A DNA stretch of 64,000 bases from Haplodiscus bocki. Taxonomy: Eukaryota. A program made the translations under genes and the position numbers. The notes below the pieces were generated by a model. It made no database searches and had not been told where the DNA came from. It was given only the letters and a program-made list of their open reading frames with translations. Below are positions 23,908 through 37,770 of this stretch, piece by piece. The first letter of the stretch is position 1. Each line of letters starts with the position of its first letter. The stretch spans positions 20,770,001 through 20,834,000 of the forward strand of contig OZ296657.1 of the NCBI GenBank assembly GCA_965655095.1, written 5' to 3'.

Positions 23908-24477
23908 TCAAAGTTTTGCTTCACGGGTGCTTGGTTTTGTGCCAATTTCAAGCCCATAACTTGTGAATTAGGCCTCTTACGTAATGTTACGGAGAATTGG
24001 ACATCCTTTTTTGACTTGCCGTTGACGTAGACAAAAAGAGTTTTTGCAGGTTCCTACAGTTTTCATACGTAGTTTTGTCAGACCAATTTGGCACCAATCT
24101 ATGGGTGTACGTAATCTCCAAAAATTTCTCACGGAACAATTTTGGCAAGTGAATTGCTCATTTTGAGACAGTGTCTGCTAGCGAAATCACTTTACATGCA
24201 CTTTCGATGACAACCTGTTTGATAACATAATTTTGAAGGTCAAAAGTTTGCGTTTCAGTTTCATGATGTTTGGCAACAACTACCACAATTTGTGTTAAAA
24301 TTGAATGCAGAGGCGTTGGAAGTTTGTCTTGTCATGTTGCAAGAGGTCAATGTCATGGCTGGGGTAGCTGACTTTGTGCGAAGTTGAAAAACTGCATCGT
24401 CAAAATTACATCTGTGATTTATATGGTAAGGTAGATTATTATCTATTTCACTGCTCCTCGGCCTTTTTGTTAAGATC
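23908..24477 (+). repeat. U2 spacer plus degenerate U2 nt 1-28 (24450-24477)
   Basis: Spacer homology; ACTGCTCCTCGGCCTTTTTGTTAAGATC. Confidence 0.82.
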
Positions 24478-27400
24478 GCACCCTTTCAAATTGAACTACA
24501 CCCTCGAGTGCATTGTAACGAAGCTTATTCCGATGATTTCAAGCCACTCCGATGAAAATAGATCTACTGAACCCGCAGGGGTTAGATATGATGACAGACT
24601 CGCACTGATACCTTTTCATACAGTTTCGCTCGTTCTTTGCGAACCCTGACAGTTTTTATTTAAAGAGGGACTTGGAATACTACGGAAAATTCAGAGGAAT
24701 CCCCCGAACTCTACCATCGATGATGCCAAGTTCGAGTGCAGATATTGTCCGCATTTTTCCGACGGCAGAAAGCCCGCCACAACACACCAAGGAACACGCG
24801 TTGGCAAAAGAAGTTACACCTTCATTACATATCCGGGTCACCAGTACAACCAAGTTTTGTGATGTGGCTGCAAGTGTCCCCATTGCAGATTCAGAAGCTG
24901 TGGAAGATATGAATGCAGTGACCAATGTTGCTCTTTCTGGTAACACCATTGACACGTTGACAGACACCCTTTCGTGCCTCAACAATCACGCCAGAAGAAC
25001 CCATTGTTATGACAGAACAAGCTCCCCCTGAACAGTACCCCATATGACGTGTTAACGAGTTCAGAGCACGATCCAACCCCGAAGAACATATGCTACTTTG
25101 CGATCACAAAAAACATCACTCCTAGAAGATAACACCGACAGTATGGCCTTTAAGAACACGCCAATGCCAACCTTGACATAAATGCATGATTGCAAGAACT
25201 CGTCCCTGTCAAACCCAAATAAACGAAACGCATGCTGAGAAGGGGTAACCTGGAGACTTTCAAATCTCTACTCGAAGCGCATGAGACAAGCTAGAATGAA
25301 AAACAAAATTACTCCTGAGATCGAGTACAAAGTCCATCGTACCGAGCATTTGAATCAAATGACAAAAATGTTACGAGAGAAGTTAGCCCCATGGACTTTG
25401 GGGCACCCTTGCTTGGAAGGTCTGGACGCCTCTCAACCCCGTTTATAAAACAAGAGTGAAACAGATTTTATAACACACTAACTCAGCTGCCGGGCCAGAT
25501 GGATGCACATACAAAGAGTTTGCCGACATACGCGAGTTCCCCAAAAAAGTTTGTATAAGGACTGAATCAAATCGCAATAAGCCGCATCACACATGACGAC
25601 TGGCACCACTATAATAGCAAAATGCTTTTCGAGAAACCTTATGATTACAAGAACGACCGAAATTCTACACTACAGTGTTTCAAACCTATCATACTTTCAA
25701 ATGTCAGCTACCAGCTAATCACTTCGATACTGATAATTGCCATAACGGCCAAAATTCTACTCTTAAGTGTTTCAGACATATCACACTTTCAAATGTCAGC
25801 TACCAGCTAATCACTTCGATACTGATAATTGCCATAACGGCCAAAATTCTACTCTTAAGTGTTTCAGACATATCACACTTTCAAATGTCAGCTACCAGCT
25901 AATCACTTCGATACTGATAATTGCCATAACGGCCAAAATTCTACTCTTAAGTGTTTCAGACATATCACACTTTCAAATGTCAGCTACCAGCTCATCACTT
26001 CGATACTGGGCAGAAGCATGAGTAACTGGTAGAAAACCAACAATGGCATTTCATTTGGTCAACGGGCTGCCTATTAGAGACGTGGATGTAAAGAAATAAC
26101 AGCGACTGCTTTGGAAGCCCTTAGACAGGAAACGGTAGTTTACTTAGACTTTAGCGACACTATCAATAGTGTAGAAAATGACTTAATTTTGGAAAACCTG
26201 AACCAGTCCAAGTGCCCAAGTTGAATTATGAAAGTGAAAGAGTCATTTTACAGGGAGTCTGCAACAATCCCAACTAATATGGGTTAAGAGCAACTCTGTG
26301 ACCAATTTGAAGTCAGAGATGGCGCACCACAAGGATGCCCGCTCAGTGAAATCCATTTAACCTAGGACTCAAACGCCATCAATCAATGATTAAGCCTTTC
26401 CCCGAGTAACCGAAGGATGCCTATACAAGTTCATGGGCACAAAAGTGTTCACAGCCACCTTGGGAATGAAATTGTGTTTTATGGAGGCCTGGACTATAGC
26501 CGAATGCATCGAAGTTTCTGACCTTAAGCCAATGCAAAAGCTTCATCTATTAACATCGAAGGTAGTGCCCATGTTGTACCACTTGCTAGAAAACACATGC
26601 CAAGCAAGTTGATATCCGCAGAATCAACAAATCATCATAAAAATGACAAAACGCCTGTTACTTTCCTGAAGGTGCACGAATGCACGCGTTCGTTCACATA
26701 CTGTAAGGTGGCCCTGGAATTCCTGACCCAATCTTGACTGCAGTTCAGATGGTTATTCGGTCTCTAACAAGAACAATGAATCTGGGCGACTAATTGGGTC
26801 AAATACCAAGAAAACGGATACTCATTGAAAAGGCAGAGGAAGAATTCATCCAAACTATCAACCAGCGTTCAAGACATGGATTGTCCGAGTTCGGCATAGA
26901 TGTGCAAATGACAAAGATCAGACTAGATTACACAATGGCCCACATCCACTCACTTGAACGAAGAGGTCCTTATATTGGATGGGCGAAGAATGGGATGTTA
27001 TATAAAGACCCAGGACCGACATCGAGTAGTGATTCAAAACCGCAGCCTGGCAGTTCTAAAAGCGTGCACCAGCTAAAGCTGATTTTGGCAGATCCTGATA
27101 TTCAACACAATGACAACTAGAACGAAGACAACAAATTGTGTGATGTGAGAGTTTCTTTCAGCTCGAGGGACACGAGGAATCCGTGCTAGGGAAGCAAGGA
27201 AACTGTCAGCCACGTCATCAACAACTGCTACTCTTCCAAACGTGCAAGAAGCCATCCGACGCCACAAAAAGGTGCACGGTTTTTTCATTAAGGCCATACC
27301 GAGTGATTTCACAGTGGGGAAGATCAGAGTTTCGGCAAATCACAACCCGACATCGTGGTACAAGTCGAACAAGCCCGAAAAATTTTTATCATCGACGTCA

Positions 27401-27660
27401 AAGTGACATCCGAGGTAGAAGTTTCCATTTTAGCCAAAGACAAAGAAATGGCCCAAAAGTACGAAACCCTCAGAAGAGCTCCGTGGGTAACAGGCGACCA
27501 CAAACACCCTCCAGTGAGGTACCTTGGGCGGCCTTTCCTGTCATGCAGCGCACCAGTTGGAGAAAATTATCCGAGCTGAAGGAAAACGACACTCCCCAAT
27601 CCTGAAATTGACGCCAGTTGTGAACAGCTCACACAGCATAATGGTTCAGCACATTACTCG
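24478..27660 (+). mobile_element. Utopia-like element, heavily decayed
   Basis: FECRYC..ATTHQ, SAAGPDG, LSNVSYQL, PMQKLH, YKDPGP, PDIVV..IIDVKV..KYETLRRA; follows a U2 5' fragment. Confidence 0.82.
25660..26007 (+). repeat. 92-bp tandem repeat (~3.8 copies) inside Utopia RT
   Basis: Direct reading; ORF-track duplicates offset by 92 nt (25675, 25767). Confidence 0.92.
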
Positions 27661-27929
27661 GAAGAATCAGCACTGCTGCAGACTTTGAGTACGTCCGGAC
27701 AGTGTGGCTGAGTGGACAGGTTGGTATTTTTACCCAAGCATTTGAGAATAAACACTGTCGGGTAACGCCTCAGATTTAACAAAATAGGGGGTCGCTCGGT
27801 TGTAATGCAACCCCTAAGGTGAGCCTCGACGTTTTTTATTAGCTTCATTATCTTCACTAAATTGGTAATCTTCGTATTGTTGATTTCACAGCGATTTTAA
27901 CTAAATTATTACGGTCGTTTTCCGATTTG

Positions 27930-30900
27930 TGATGTCTGACCAGAAATTAATTGTAATTTTTCTCTATAACCGATATAAGACCTTTAACCTCTGATAGGCT
28001 TTCGGCTAACTTTGTACCTAGGTAAATTTTAATTAGAACATCTTCATCATTAGAGGGTTTGAAGTTTGTTGTTATCTTTTCATCTTTCATGCAAAATTCG
28101 GTAACCTTAAGTTTTAATTGGTTATGATTTATATCCTGTAGTCTATCTTTTGCAGACTCAATATTATAAAACTCACTTCTCCATAATTTACCGTAACTTG
28201 TATATCCCATTGTTTAGTTAATTTAATTTGCTTAAATAGCCTTTCCTTCATTTCTGTCATAAATATAGCTGCCTTTCCATCATCATTTATCTGTTTCATC
28301 TCTTTAGACAGGCTTGCTTTTGATTCTTACAGCCAATTCTCTTCGTAGGATCCTATTTTATTTTTCAAAGTCTCAGTTTCAGTACAAAATTTCCCTATAT
28401 CCAATTAAATCAAAAGCTTTTTAAATAGAGGGCATCATGGAAACTAATTGCTCCCTTTTCTAGGCTTGTGTTTTACGGATTAAAAACTGAACTTTTCTAT
28501 ATCTTGAAGTGTATTACTCCTTACAGTTTTGTCATTTGACAACTTGCATTGCCAATTCTAATATTTATTACTATTTATTTTGAAAGATTTCATGTAAATA
28601 TGCTTCGTATATTACGTTAATACCTAGATTTCCACCTGCTTTATTTGAGTCCTTTGGGAGCTAACCACCAAACTACAAGATTTTGGGTGCAAATGAGGTC
28701 TTTTGATGCCATTATTATCTGCTTTGACTCTACGAGTTTGAGGTTGTTGGGGTCCAAAGGACCCATCGGGGTCTCTACGGGACAGTTGAGAGCAACTATT
28801 CATGTTTACGATAGCTCTATAACGTTTTTTTTTGGGAATGAGAATAAACTAAACCTTTTGCCAATTGTTTTCGTCTTAATTTTGGGTTGATGGATTTAAT
28901 CTCCAAAAACCGAGACATTAAATCTGATTTAACTTCGCGTATAATTAAATTAGCGTCAATATTTCGTGTTTTAGATATTTGCTTTAAAGAAAAAGTATTA
29001 TTCATTCAGGTAATTATATAGAAAAAAAACAAACGAAGATAAAATTAAAAATGAAACTAATTATTTTGAAGTATGTATTTTTTTCTTTATAATATTATCA
29101 GAAGATCCAACAAATCTTTCAAGTAAATTTGTTTAAATGTTCATTGATTTAGAGAGTAGAAAGTTAGAAACAACATACATTTTGATGGTTATACATGGAT
29201 TACTATTTCACAGAAGATTATCATGGAAAAAGATTTCTATTTAAAATGAATAAGTTAAAACTTTCCATTATTAGAATAGACATTAGGGATAAAGTATGAG
29301 AAGCGTTGAGTATTTTTATACGTTAAAGTTGATTATATGAAATGACTGAAAATTCGGGCGCTAAGGTTGCTAACAAATGGAATGGGGATTCTATTTTATT
29401 TGGTTTACGAGATAAACATGTGTTTGTTGGGGATTCTGTAAACTGTTTCGAAACCCCTGGGGATAAATTCATAAAATTCAGTTCTAATCTCGGAAGAAAA
29501 ATCTACCTCATCCTGTTGCGTATGGTGAAAAAATTATATGAATTACATGATAAAAAATCAATTTGTACCATATGATTCTGAGCAAGACGAAAACATCCGC
29601 AAAAATATTTGTGACATGGATGTATCATATGAGTGTTATAGATTCTTGTATGATAGGTCCTGAGGACCGATTGTGAGAAAAAAAGGAGATTAGCTCCAAG
29701 ACAATATTAGCTGAAAGGTTTTCAGAGAGCATTGATTATGGTATTGATAAGGAAAGCGAGGATGTTATTGATGATGAAGACATAGAGGAAATGAAATTTT
29801 GTAATGGTACGAATGAAATAGTAAACACTTCTAATCAGAGATGTGTTGTTTAGAGAAAGATAGTGTTTATGCTTTCCGTCAATGTGGTCATCAGTGTTTA
29901 TGTGAGAGTTTTTATCACTCCAATAAAAAGAGAACATAAGTATAATCGTGAGAAAAAAATCTAAGTTTGAAGCCCAAGGAATCCGACTCAAATAAGATTA
30001 ATGCTTACATATCTAGTCAAGGACCATATCGTGATCCATAATATCCCGTTACTTTATCGAAAATATATTCCCCATAGTTTGATAGATGAAAAAGGATTGG
30101 TGAAAAAAAGAAACATATGATGCAAAGCAGTATATTTATATAAAGAGGTTACTTTGACAAAGGTTTTGAGGATGATGAAAAAGAACATGAAAAGTATAAT
30201 GAAAACTTCCTAAATTATGAATAAAAACCTGGACGCTTCGATGATGTGTGTATCGAGTATATTTCTCAAACTCGCTTTGAATGCATTCGATGAAAAACAC
30301 CGATACTTAAAGAATGATCGTAAAAAAAACGATTAAGTAAAAGAGAATAGAAAATTAGACCAGTTGGTTTTCATTTCAATTCAAAAGCATTCATTTTTCA
30401 GTAAGTCTCTAGCTTGTATAAAAGTTCAGTAACGTGCTTTTCAAATGGCTGCTAAACAAAATCTTTTATCGAATGCAAATAAAGAGTTCGTACTTTGGGG
30501 AAGAAAAATGAAGCAACAACTGCAGTAAAATTGGGGCAGTTGTCTGACAATTCTCAGAAAACCCTGACTAAATTCCTTGACTATCTTTATGTGATTGAAT
30601 TCCTGCGGGAAGAAGATGAAAGCCCATAAAAAGAAAACAATAAGGAGCCAGCAACCAAAGAGGACATGTTCAAAACTGAAATCTTACCAAGCATTAAACG
30701 ACAAGTTGATATAAATCGATCTTCAACAAAAATGGATGATTTCAGTCCGGAATTGATGGAAAATTTCCATTCCTTTCACAAACTCCGAAATGGTGGGATC
30801 ATAAGTCCATCTGTTGAGAAAAAGTTGGGCTATTCGGAGAAATTGAATCATTAACTCAACGTTTACTTCTGATGATAACACCTGACAAAGAATTTATGTT

Positions 30901-31700
30901 CGACTAAATCAACACTGAGTATAAAAAAATATCACACAGCTTTTGGAACAACATGGGTATTGTTGAACGACTAAAGAATTAAAAAATCTAAACGAGCTCC
31001 TGAAAAATTATCCAAAACTCTCAGTTTAGGGTTAACAATCACGGACATTTTACGTACCGAGGTATGATTAAAAACATCCTAACTCTGACGAAGAGCTGGA
31101 AGGCAAAACTTGCCCGAAATTAAAAAAAATAGAGAATTATCCCACTAATATATTACAAAAGTATGAAACAAAAACTCAGTGTAAATAAATTTGAATACGA
31201 TTTTCTACTTGAATAGATATTAACCATCGACATTTCTTTTCAAGCATCTCAAAGAGACAAACAGAAATATGAATACATGGTGACCGAAAGACCGACATTT
31301 CCCAGCATATAGAGCCGGAAAAAAGTTGACTAAATTCTATTGTGAGTGATGTAATTAAAATCAATCACGTGTTCAGTTTTTACTCTGAAGGAGCTCTGGT
31401 TTGATTTGAGAAAAATAGTCATTTGAGTGATCTTGATTATACCAACTATGTAAATGATTTCGAAAATGATCTGAAAGTCACCAAATACGGATGAAAAACA
31501 CAAGTATGCTAACTTATACGTTAACCTATGCAAAAAAGTAGGTCAAAAGTGGCAATTACACATGAAAGATTTGTAATTTTCTTGAAAACGGACATTCGGG
31601 ATATCTTTGACACGAACGAGGCGAAGCGACTGGATAAGTTGTCTTGGATGTGGGTTGTACGAAAATTACAAAAAAACGTATATAAAAGGGCCTTTTTTGA
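27930..31700. other. AT-rich block of decayed short ORFs unrelated to the retroelements; possible endogenous DNA virus/Polinton-like remnant
   Basis: No RT or U2 homology; HTH-like remnant 28817-29005(-); remnant 29342-29580(+) GDSIL..KHVFVG..FET..G..(frameshift)PHPVAYGEK. Confidence 0.35.
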
Positions 31701-31709
31701 CAAACTCGC

Positions 31710-34673
31710 GGTGTTCTATTCCAATTGCAGTCACAGAAACCACGACAATTGACATCGCAATTGTGGCATCCGTGTTCAGGAGGCACGGAAAACTTGACAA
31801 TGCCCTTTCAAGGAAAGGAAATACGGAAACCTCTAACCTAGAAAACTCAGCTCCAGGCCCTGATGGCTGGAAAAACGATATGCTTTCTCGTGAGAAAGAT
31901 TTCACGAAGGAGTTCGATGAAGACCTGCACCAAATTGCTTCATCCTCCATTACAACCGACTGCTGGAGGTCCTACAACTCAATTATGTTGAATAAGAAAC
32001 CAGGGGTCTATGTGCCGCAAGAGGAAACAGTGTTCAAAAATTTCCTAACGACGGGTCTCTCCAGCACACCTAACAAACTGGTGTCAGCAACATTATGTTA
32101 GATACTAACAAGTGGCGGGAAAAAAGTAGAGGCATCTCCACCACTCAACGTGCAATTTTGCTCTCGCCATGAGTGGAAAAAAACAGCTTGGTTGTTGCTC
32201 AAGCGTTAAAATAGCAAATATGTGTGCTGTTTCTGGATTTGTCGGAAACTGAGAAACATAGAGCACAGTTACACATACGAGGTTCTACGACAATGTGATT
32301 GCCCAATATGGATCATCAAGATGATAAAATCCCTGTACATTGGATGCCCTACAGTGCCTGTGGAGCAGGGCGGCAATGAATCTCAGGCCCTGTACCAGTC
32401 TCGACAGGGGTTCGTCAAAGTTGCCAGCTGAGTGGTCTACTTTTGAAGCTGGCCTAGGACTCAAACGTTCAAAAAGCTTTAAATTCTGACTCTACCTGCT
32501 TGGGATAAATGGACGACCTGGCTGTCAATGCAGACTCCTCGACTCTCTCTTCAGTGTTGGAAGAGATAGTCTCACTTGCAACCTGTCTTTGATAATCCTT
32601 CAATCTTAAGAAGTGAGTGGCCAACTATGCAGCAAGTATCATGATTGCCGGAGAAAAAAACTTTGAAAGCGAAGCTGGAGCACCCAATCTGGTAGGATTA
32701 GCTGCCCGATTTGACAAAACGTGGAAATTACCTGAACTGATTGTCAGCTCTAATACCAATGCAGAAACTACATGCCCTTCGTATATAAGTCCTACCCTAA
32801 TTGATGCACCTCCTGAAAAAAGCTCAATCGACACAGAAAACAATACAGAGGATCAACTGATGCCTACCGAAAATGGTAAGAAAAAGCTGTGGTCTACCTG
32901 AAAGATCATCGAATCATTACATCTACCTCCATCGAAATTATGGATGCCCTGGTATGCCGAACCTTGATCAAATCATTGTATAAAGGCTGCAAAACGACAC
33001 CAATTGACGTGAGTGGTACAGAACTAGCTGGACCAATACCTGAGGCTCGAGGAGTAAAGCAGGGTTGCCCCTGAATGCGCTTATGTTCAATTTAGTGCTA
33101 GAGTCAGTCCTGAAGAGAGCCACTACGAACAGCTCGATGTGTGTGTGTTGGCTAAACGGACGATTTGGCGATTGTGGTAGACAACGCATCATGTGTGAAG
33201 GACATCGTACAGAATGAGGATAGTATGACAAGGAGACTGGGGATGAAAATCAATGCCAGCAAATGTGGAGTGGCCAATTACGATGACACAATCATGATTG
33301 ATGGAGTAATTGTGCCCGCGGTAACTGAAGAAAGGGCGTACAAATACCTTGGGACCGAGGCGCTGCCAAGAAAGATGAAAGGCATTGATGATTGTTTCAA
33401 GAAAGCATGGCGTGTGGCCGAGCTGATTGAATTTCCTGAGATTACGCCGATGTAAAAAGCCTTGCGACGCTGCTGTTCCTACCAGAAAGAGCAGCAAACG
33501 CCTATCTGCATCTTCAGAGAATCTGCGGTGGAACAGGTATACCAGATCTGATCTTAACCAAGAGCAAGCTGGCATTGAAGACAGTGGTGACAATGCTGAA
33601 CCTTGAGGGAGAATTCGGTGACTACTGCAAGAAACTGATTTCTGGAGCACTACCCTCGGAGTCGATCATGAACCTCATCAATGAGATCAAGACAGTTGGA
33701 TGCAGCAATACCGTTAAGAAAGCAACACGGGCACTGAAAAAGATCAGCCAGGATTTGGGATTGCCTGTGAAACTGGAACTCTGCGAAGACCAAGTAACTC
33801 TGTCAATCAATGGCACGGTGTTCAGGAACCCGTGGCCGATGTTGAACAAAAATATGCAAAAGCAAAGTCTGAAACAACTCCAAAATGCACCCAACCAAGG
33901 ACGTTTTTGGAACACTCTGTCAACAACTCCACTAACGACGGAGAACATCTACAGTTTCCACACAATGATGTGCGACTGGAGATTTGTGGACAGAGCCCGT
34001 CTGAATCTAATACCAGTAAGAGCAAACTTCTTGTGGCATCAAGGAAACGATAACTGCAGAAGATGTCAAGGAGCTCGAGAAACCCTGAGTTACACGATTA
34101 ACAACTGCAGTGTGCACCGGCGGAAGATCATAAGAAGACACAATGAAAAACGAGACTGAGTCGATGCTATGGCGCCCAGTAACTACCGAGTTGGAAAAGA
34201 ACAGCGATTTAGTAACCTTCAACCCGACCTGATCCTGCAAGATGATATGAACCAGACAGCCCACATCGCCGAGGTCATTATCTCAGCAGAGAGCAGTGAA
34301 ACCACGACCTCATTGCCTCAAAATATGAGCCCCTAAGACGTGCCTACACAATCGAAGGATACGCTGCCCAACTCCACACGATTCAGTTAGGTTGTCTTGT
34401 AGGAATCGCACGAAGTAAAATGAGCAGTCTCTGGACCATCTTCAGAAATAAACGGACTATCTCAACATTTGCACGAAGAGCGTCACAGATGACAATTCAC
34501 CACTCCCGCAACTTGTCAGTCGAACATCTAACTGGCTCCCCCCAAAAGTTTTGAAAATTGTTCACAAATTCTTCTAGTCGACATTATTGTAAATAATTTT
34601 TCTATTATCTTTCTTTGTTTGAAGTGACATTTCCGAGTATAATTTGTTTTATTCATGCTAATTCAAAAATTTA
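31710..34673 (+). mobile_element. chimera of two Utopia-like families (junction ~32965), ending at U2 nt 38
   Basis: SAPGPDGW..; RT motifs occur twice (second LIKSLYKGCK..GVKQGCP); RARLNL, CRRC, RHN, QPDL. Confidence 0.85.
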
Positions 34674-34741
34674 ATCTGTTCTTGTCAGTTTAATATCTGG
34701 CATGGCAGGCACCGCCTACCTCCAATATTAAACTGGTTTTG
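34674..34741 (+). ncRNA. U2: U2 nt 38-~105, ending in the left TSD at the Sm site
   Basis: ATCTGTTCTTGTCAG...CCAATATTAAACTGGTTTTG. Confidence 0.9.
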
Positions 34742-36195
34742 CTTGGAAATTGGACCAAAATAGCCACCGAGGTACAGCAGTTCACTGTGCCATATATAAA
34801 GCCTACTCGGGCATTATTCATGAAAGACTGAAAGTGTGGTCAGAATTTTATAGCAATTTACCTGCGACCCAACATGGCTTTAGGAGTGGTTTTTCGACGT
34901 TTACAGCGATACAGACCCTGTACGACACCATAAAGGAGGCCATTGTGTTCAAACCATACTTTGTTTGCTTCGTCGACTTCGAAAAAGCCTTTGATAGCAT
35001 AAATCGAACGAGTCTCCTCTCCAAACTTAGAAGTCTCGGAGTATCCCATCACTTCGTAAAAGTGATTTTCTCGATGATAGATAGAAACAGCATCTCGTTA
35101 TCCACTGGAAAATATCTACAGGAACCGATCACTCAAACAGTGGGGTTAGCACAGGGGGACAAACTATCCCCGTTACTGTTTGCTATTTCTCCTATGATCC
35201 TTTCCTATGCTGATGACCTTGCAATTGGTACCACAGACTTATCTTCTTTACAAGAATACCTCAATACCTTATATAAATATTGCAAGATGAATCACCTCTC
35301 CGTGAATGTTAAGAAAACTAAGATTATGACATTTTGTAAATGTAGAGGACTCAAAAAAACCCAACATCTGCTATGGAAAAGAGCCAATCGAATTAGTTAA
35401 CGAATTCGTTTATTTGGGTGTCAAATTCCAAACAAACTTGAAACCAACAAAACACTTGAAACACCTGGTGACCAAAGCTGTAATTGCTACAAATATTCTT
35501 AACACCATGTTAGATTTGAATCAAATTTCTCTGATTAGTGCTACTCGACTTTTCAATACTGTTAGTATTCCTGCTGCAACATATGGTCATCATATCTTCA
35601 AAGATTTATTCTCTGCAGAAGTTTGGAACAATCACAAACGACAAATTTACAGCATATTTTTCAAAAGACGGGCGGCCATACCAAGACGATTGCCGACGAT
35701 GCCGCTGATTGAGAAATTTTTGGCCCCGATCCTTTGAAAGTAGCTGAAAGACAGCCAAGAACCTGAACCATTATAGCTATGTATTATAGCAATGGATGCC
35801 ACCTCAGGTTATGTGTCAATGGAAATTGTTTTTCTTCTTTTAATCAAGGGAGACTGCCCTGTCAGTGTATCTTTTGCCTTGATGAGATCTGTGATAATGG
35901 CCATGAATGTTGCTGTCCTGCCCTTCACGGAGTCACAATTCTAGAATAAAAGAAATTGGTTTATGGCCATTGTGTACCATCAATCAATCGAGAACCAGAA
36001 ACAAAGTTATAAAATAACAGAATGCATTGTGACGAATCGGACTCCAGCTTGTGAATTTGCTATATATAATTCGCTTTCTTAATTTTATTTTTATTTATTT
36101 CTCTGGAATACGTGATGAAGCATTTGTGACCACTATTATCACCATTTCTCTTTATATTCCATTTGTCAAAGATTGACGTTGAATTCAATATTTCG
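34742..36195 (+). mobile_element. 5'-truncated non-LTR element of a third clade (RTE-X/CR1-group-like RT) inserted at the U2 Sm site
   Basis: QHGFRSGFST, FVDFEKAFDSINR, GLAQGDKLSPLLF, YADDL, VNVKKTKIM, FVYLGVKF, Cys-rich C-terminus; TSD TTAAACTG(G/A)TTTT(T)G at 34728-34741 and 36196-36210. Confidence 0.85.
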
Positions 36196-36292
36196 TTAAA
36201 CTGATTTTTGATCCACGGTCTAGGCAAAAAAGCTTGCTTTAGCCGGACCACGGATTGCTCCGGTCTTACACTACCACCGGGTACGGTCCAAT
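36196..36292 (+). ncRNA. U2: U2 nt ~92-188
   Basis: Sm site, stems III and IV; spacer to ~36340. Confidence 0.92.
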
Positions 36293-36344
36293 CGACCATT
36301 TTGAACTCAATATCTCCTCAACTTGACCTGAATAGCGATATCGT

Positions 36345-37280
36345 GAAAATTACATAATTAGTAGTAGGCGAACCTTTATGTGGAGAAATTTCAGTTACAA
36401 AAGGAGTGAAGCAAGGGTGTCTTCCATCATCTCTATTGTTTAACTTGGTATTACATCTCCTTTTATTAACCCTGAAAACCGAAAAGGTTATATGGACGAC
36501 ATGGCTATTGTACTAGATAAAGACTTGGACCCAACCCTGCTTCTCAACGAAAAAAAAAGATATGGCAAAGAAAATTGGGCTGACTTTCAACATTCTGATG
36601 TGTGGAGTCTTCAACAATGTAAAAGACTTCTACATTGGAACACAACGTATACCCCCGACATCAGAAAGTGAAACCCAAAACTACAAGTTCCTGGGCACCG
36701 AAGCCAAATCGACGAAACTAACCGGCGTTCTACAGAAGTTTGATGACGAGATCAAACCGATGACGGAAAAAATCATGGGTAGCGAACTCGCACCCACGCA
36801 GAAACTTCATAGCTTCCGGACCTGTGTCATTCCTAAAATTTTGCACCTAGTTACAAACTCCTGACCCTTATATAGTGACTTGGACAACATTAACAAATTC
36901 TGTAGGGCGACAGTGAAGAAGATATGCTACCTACCTGGGAAATCCATAAATGCGTATGCTCACCAGGCCAGATCTTACGGAGGACCAGATATCGCTGGCT
37001 TGATATTGCTTCGTAGGTGCCTGGTGCTTGCAAACACCATCACCGTCCTCAACTCTTCTGATCGATGCGCAGATCTGCTTAAAATCTTAACCAGATGGAG
37101 AAATGCCGAAGATCTTGTCTGTCAAATCAATTCGGGGAAGAAGTCCGGTTTGCACACTATGATAAGGGGAAGAAGTCCGGTTTAAGGGGAAGAAGTCCGG
37201 TTTGCACACTATGATAAAAGAATTGGCACAGTCGTTGGATTCCCTCTCCAAACTAACTGGATCAACTCACAAACTCTTCT
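36345..37280 (+). mobile_element. Utopia-like RT/thumb fragment from a divergent family
   Basis: GVKQG, GYMDD, YKFLG, LAPTQKLHSFR, YGGP; local 19-32 bp tandem duplications at ~37133-37217. Confidence 0.8.
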
Positions 37281-37284
37281 ATTA

Positions 37285-37770
37285 AAGTGCAAAAAAGTTG
37301 AAAAAAATGCTTAAAAGTTGAAAAAAAGTGCAAAAAAATTGAAAAAATGTGTAGAAAAGTCGAAAAAAAGTGCAAAAAGGTTGAAAAAAAGTGCAAAAAT
37401 TGAGGAAAAACGTTCAAGAAAATGAGAAAAATCATCAAAAAAATGAAAAAAATTGATTACTTGTGGAGTGGAAAAAAAGAAAATTTGTGAAAAGTGTTAG
37501 AAAAATTGAAAAAAAAATGCCAAAAAGTTGATTAAATAACTTTCACGAAGTCGAATAAAGTGTAAAAAAAGTTGAAAATTGCAAAAAACTCATCTAAAAA
37601 GTGAAAAATGGTTTCTAAAGTGAAAAAAACTTGAAAAATACTGCCAAAAACTAACAAAAAAAGTGTTTAAAAGTTCAAAGAAAGTGTGGAAAAGTTGAAA
37701 ATAGTGCAAAAAAACTCTGGCGAAAAGCAAAAAAAATCAGAAAAAGTTTAAGGAAGTTGAAAAAATTATT
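37285..37770. repeat. A-rich degenerate satellite (AAAAAAGTGC / AAAAGTTG units)
   Basis: Direct reading. Confidence 0.75.
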
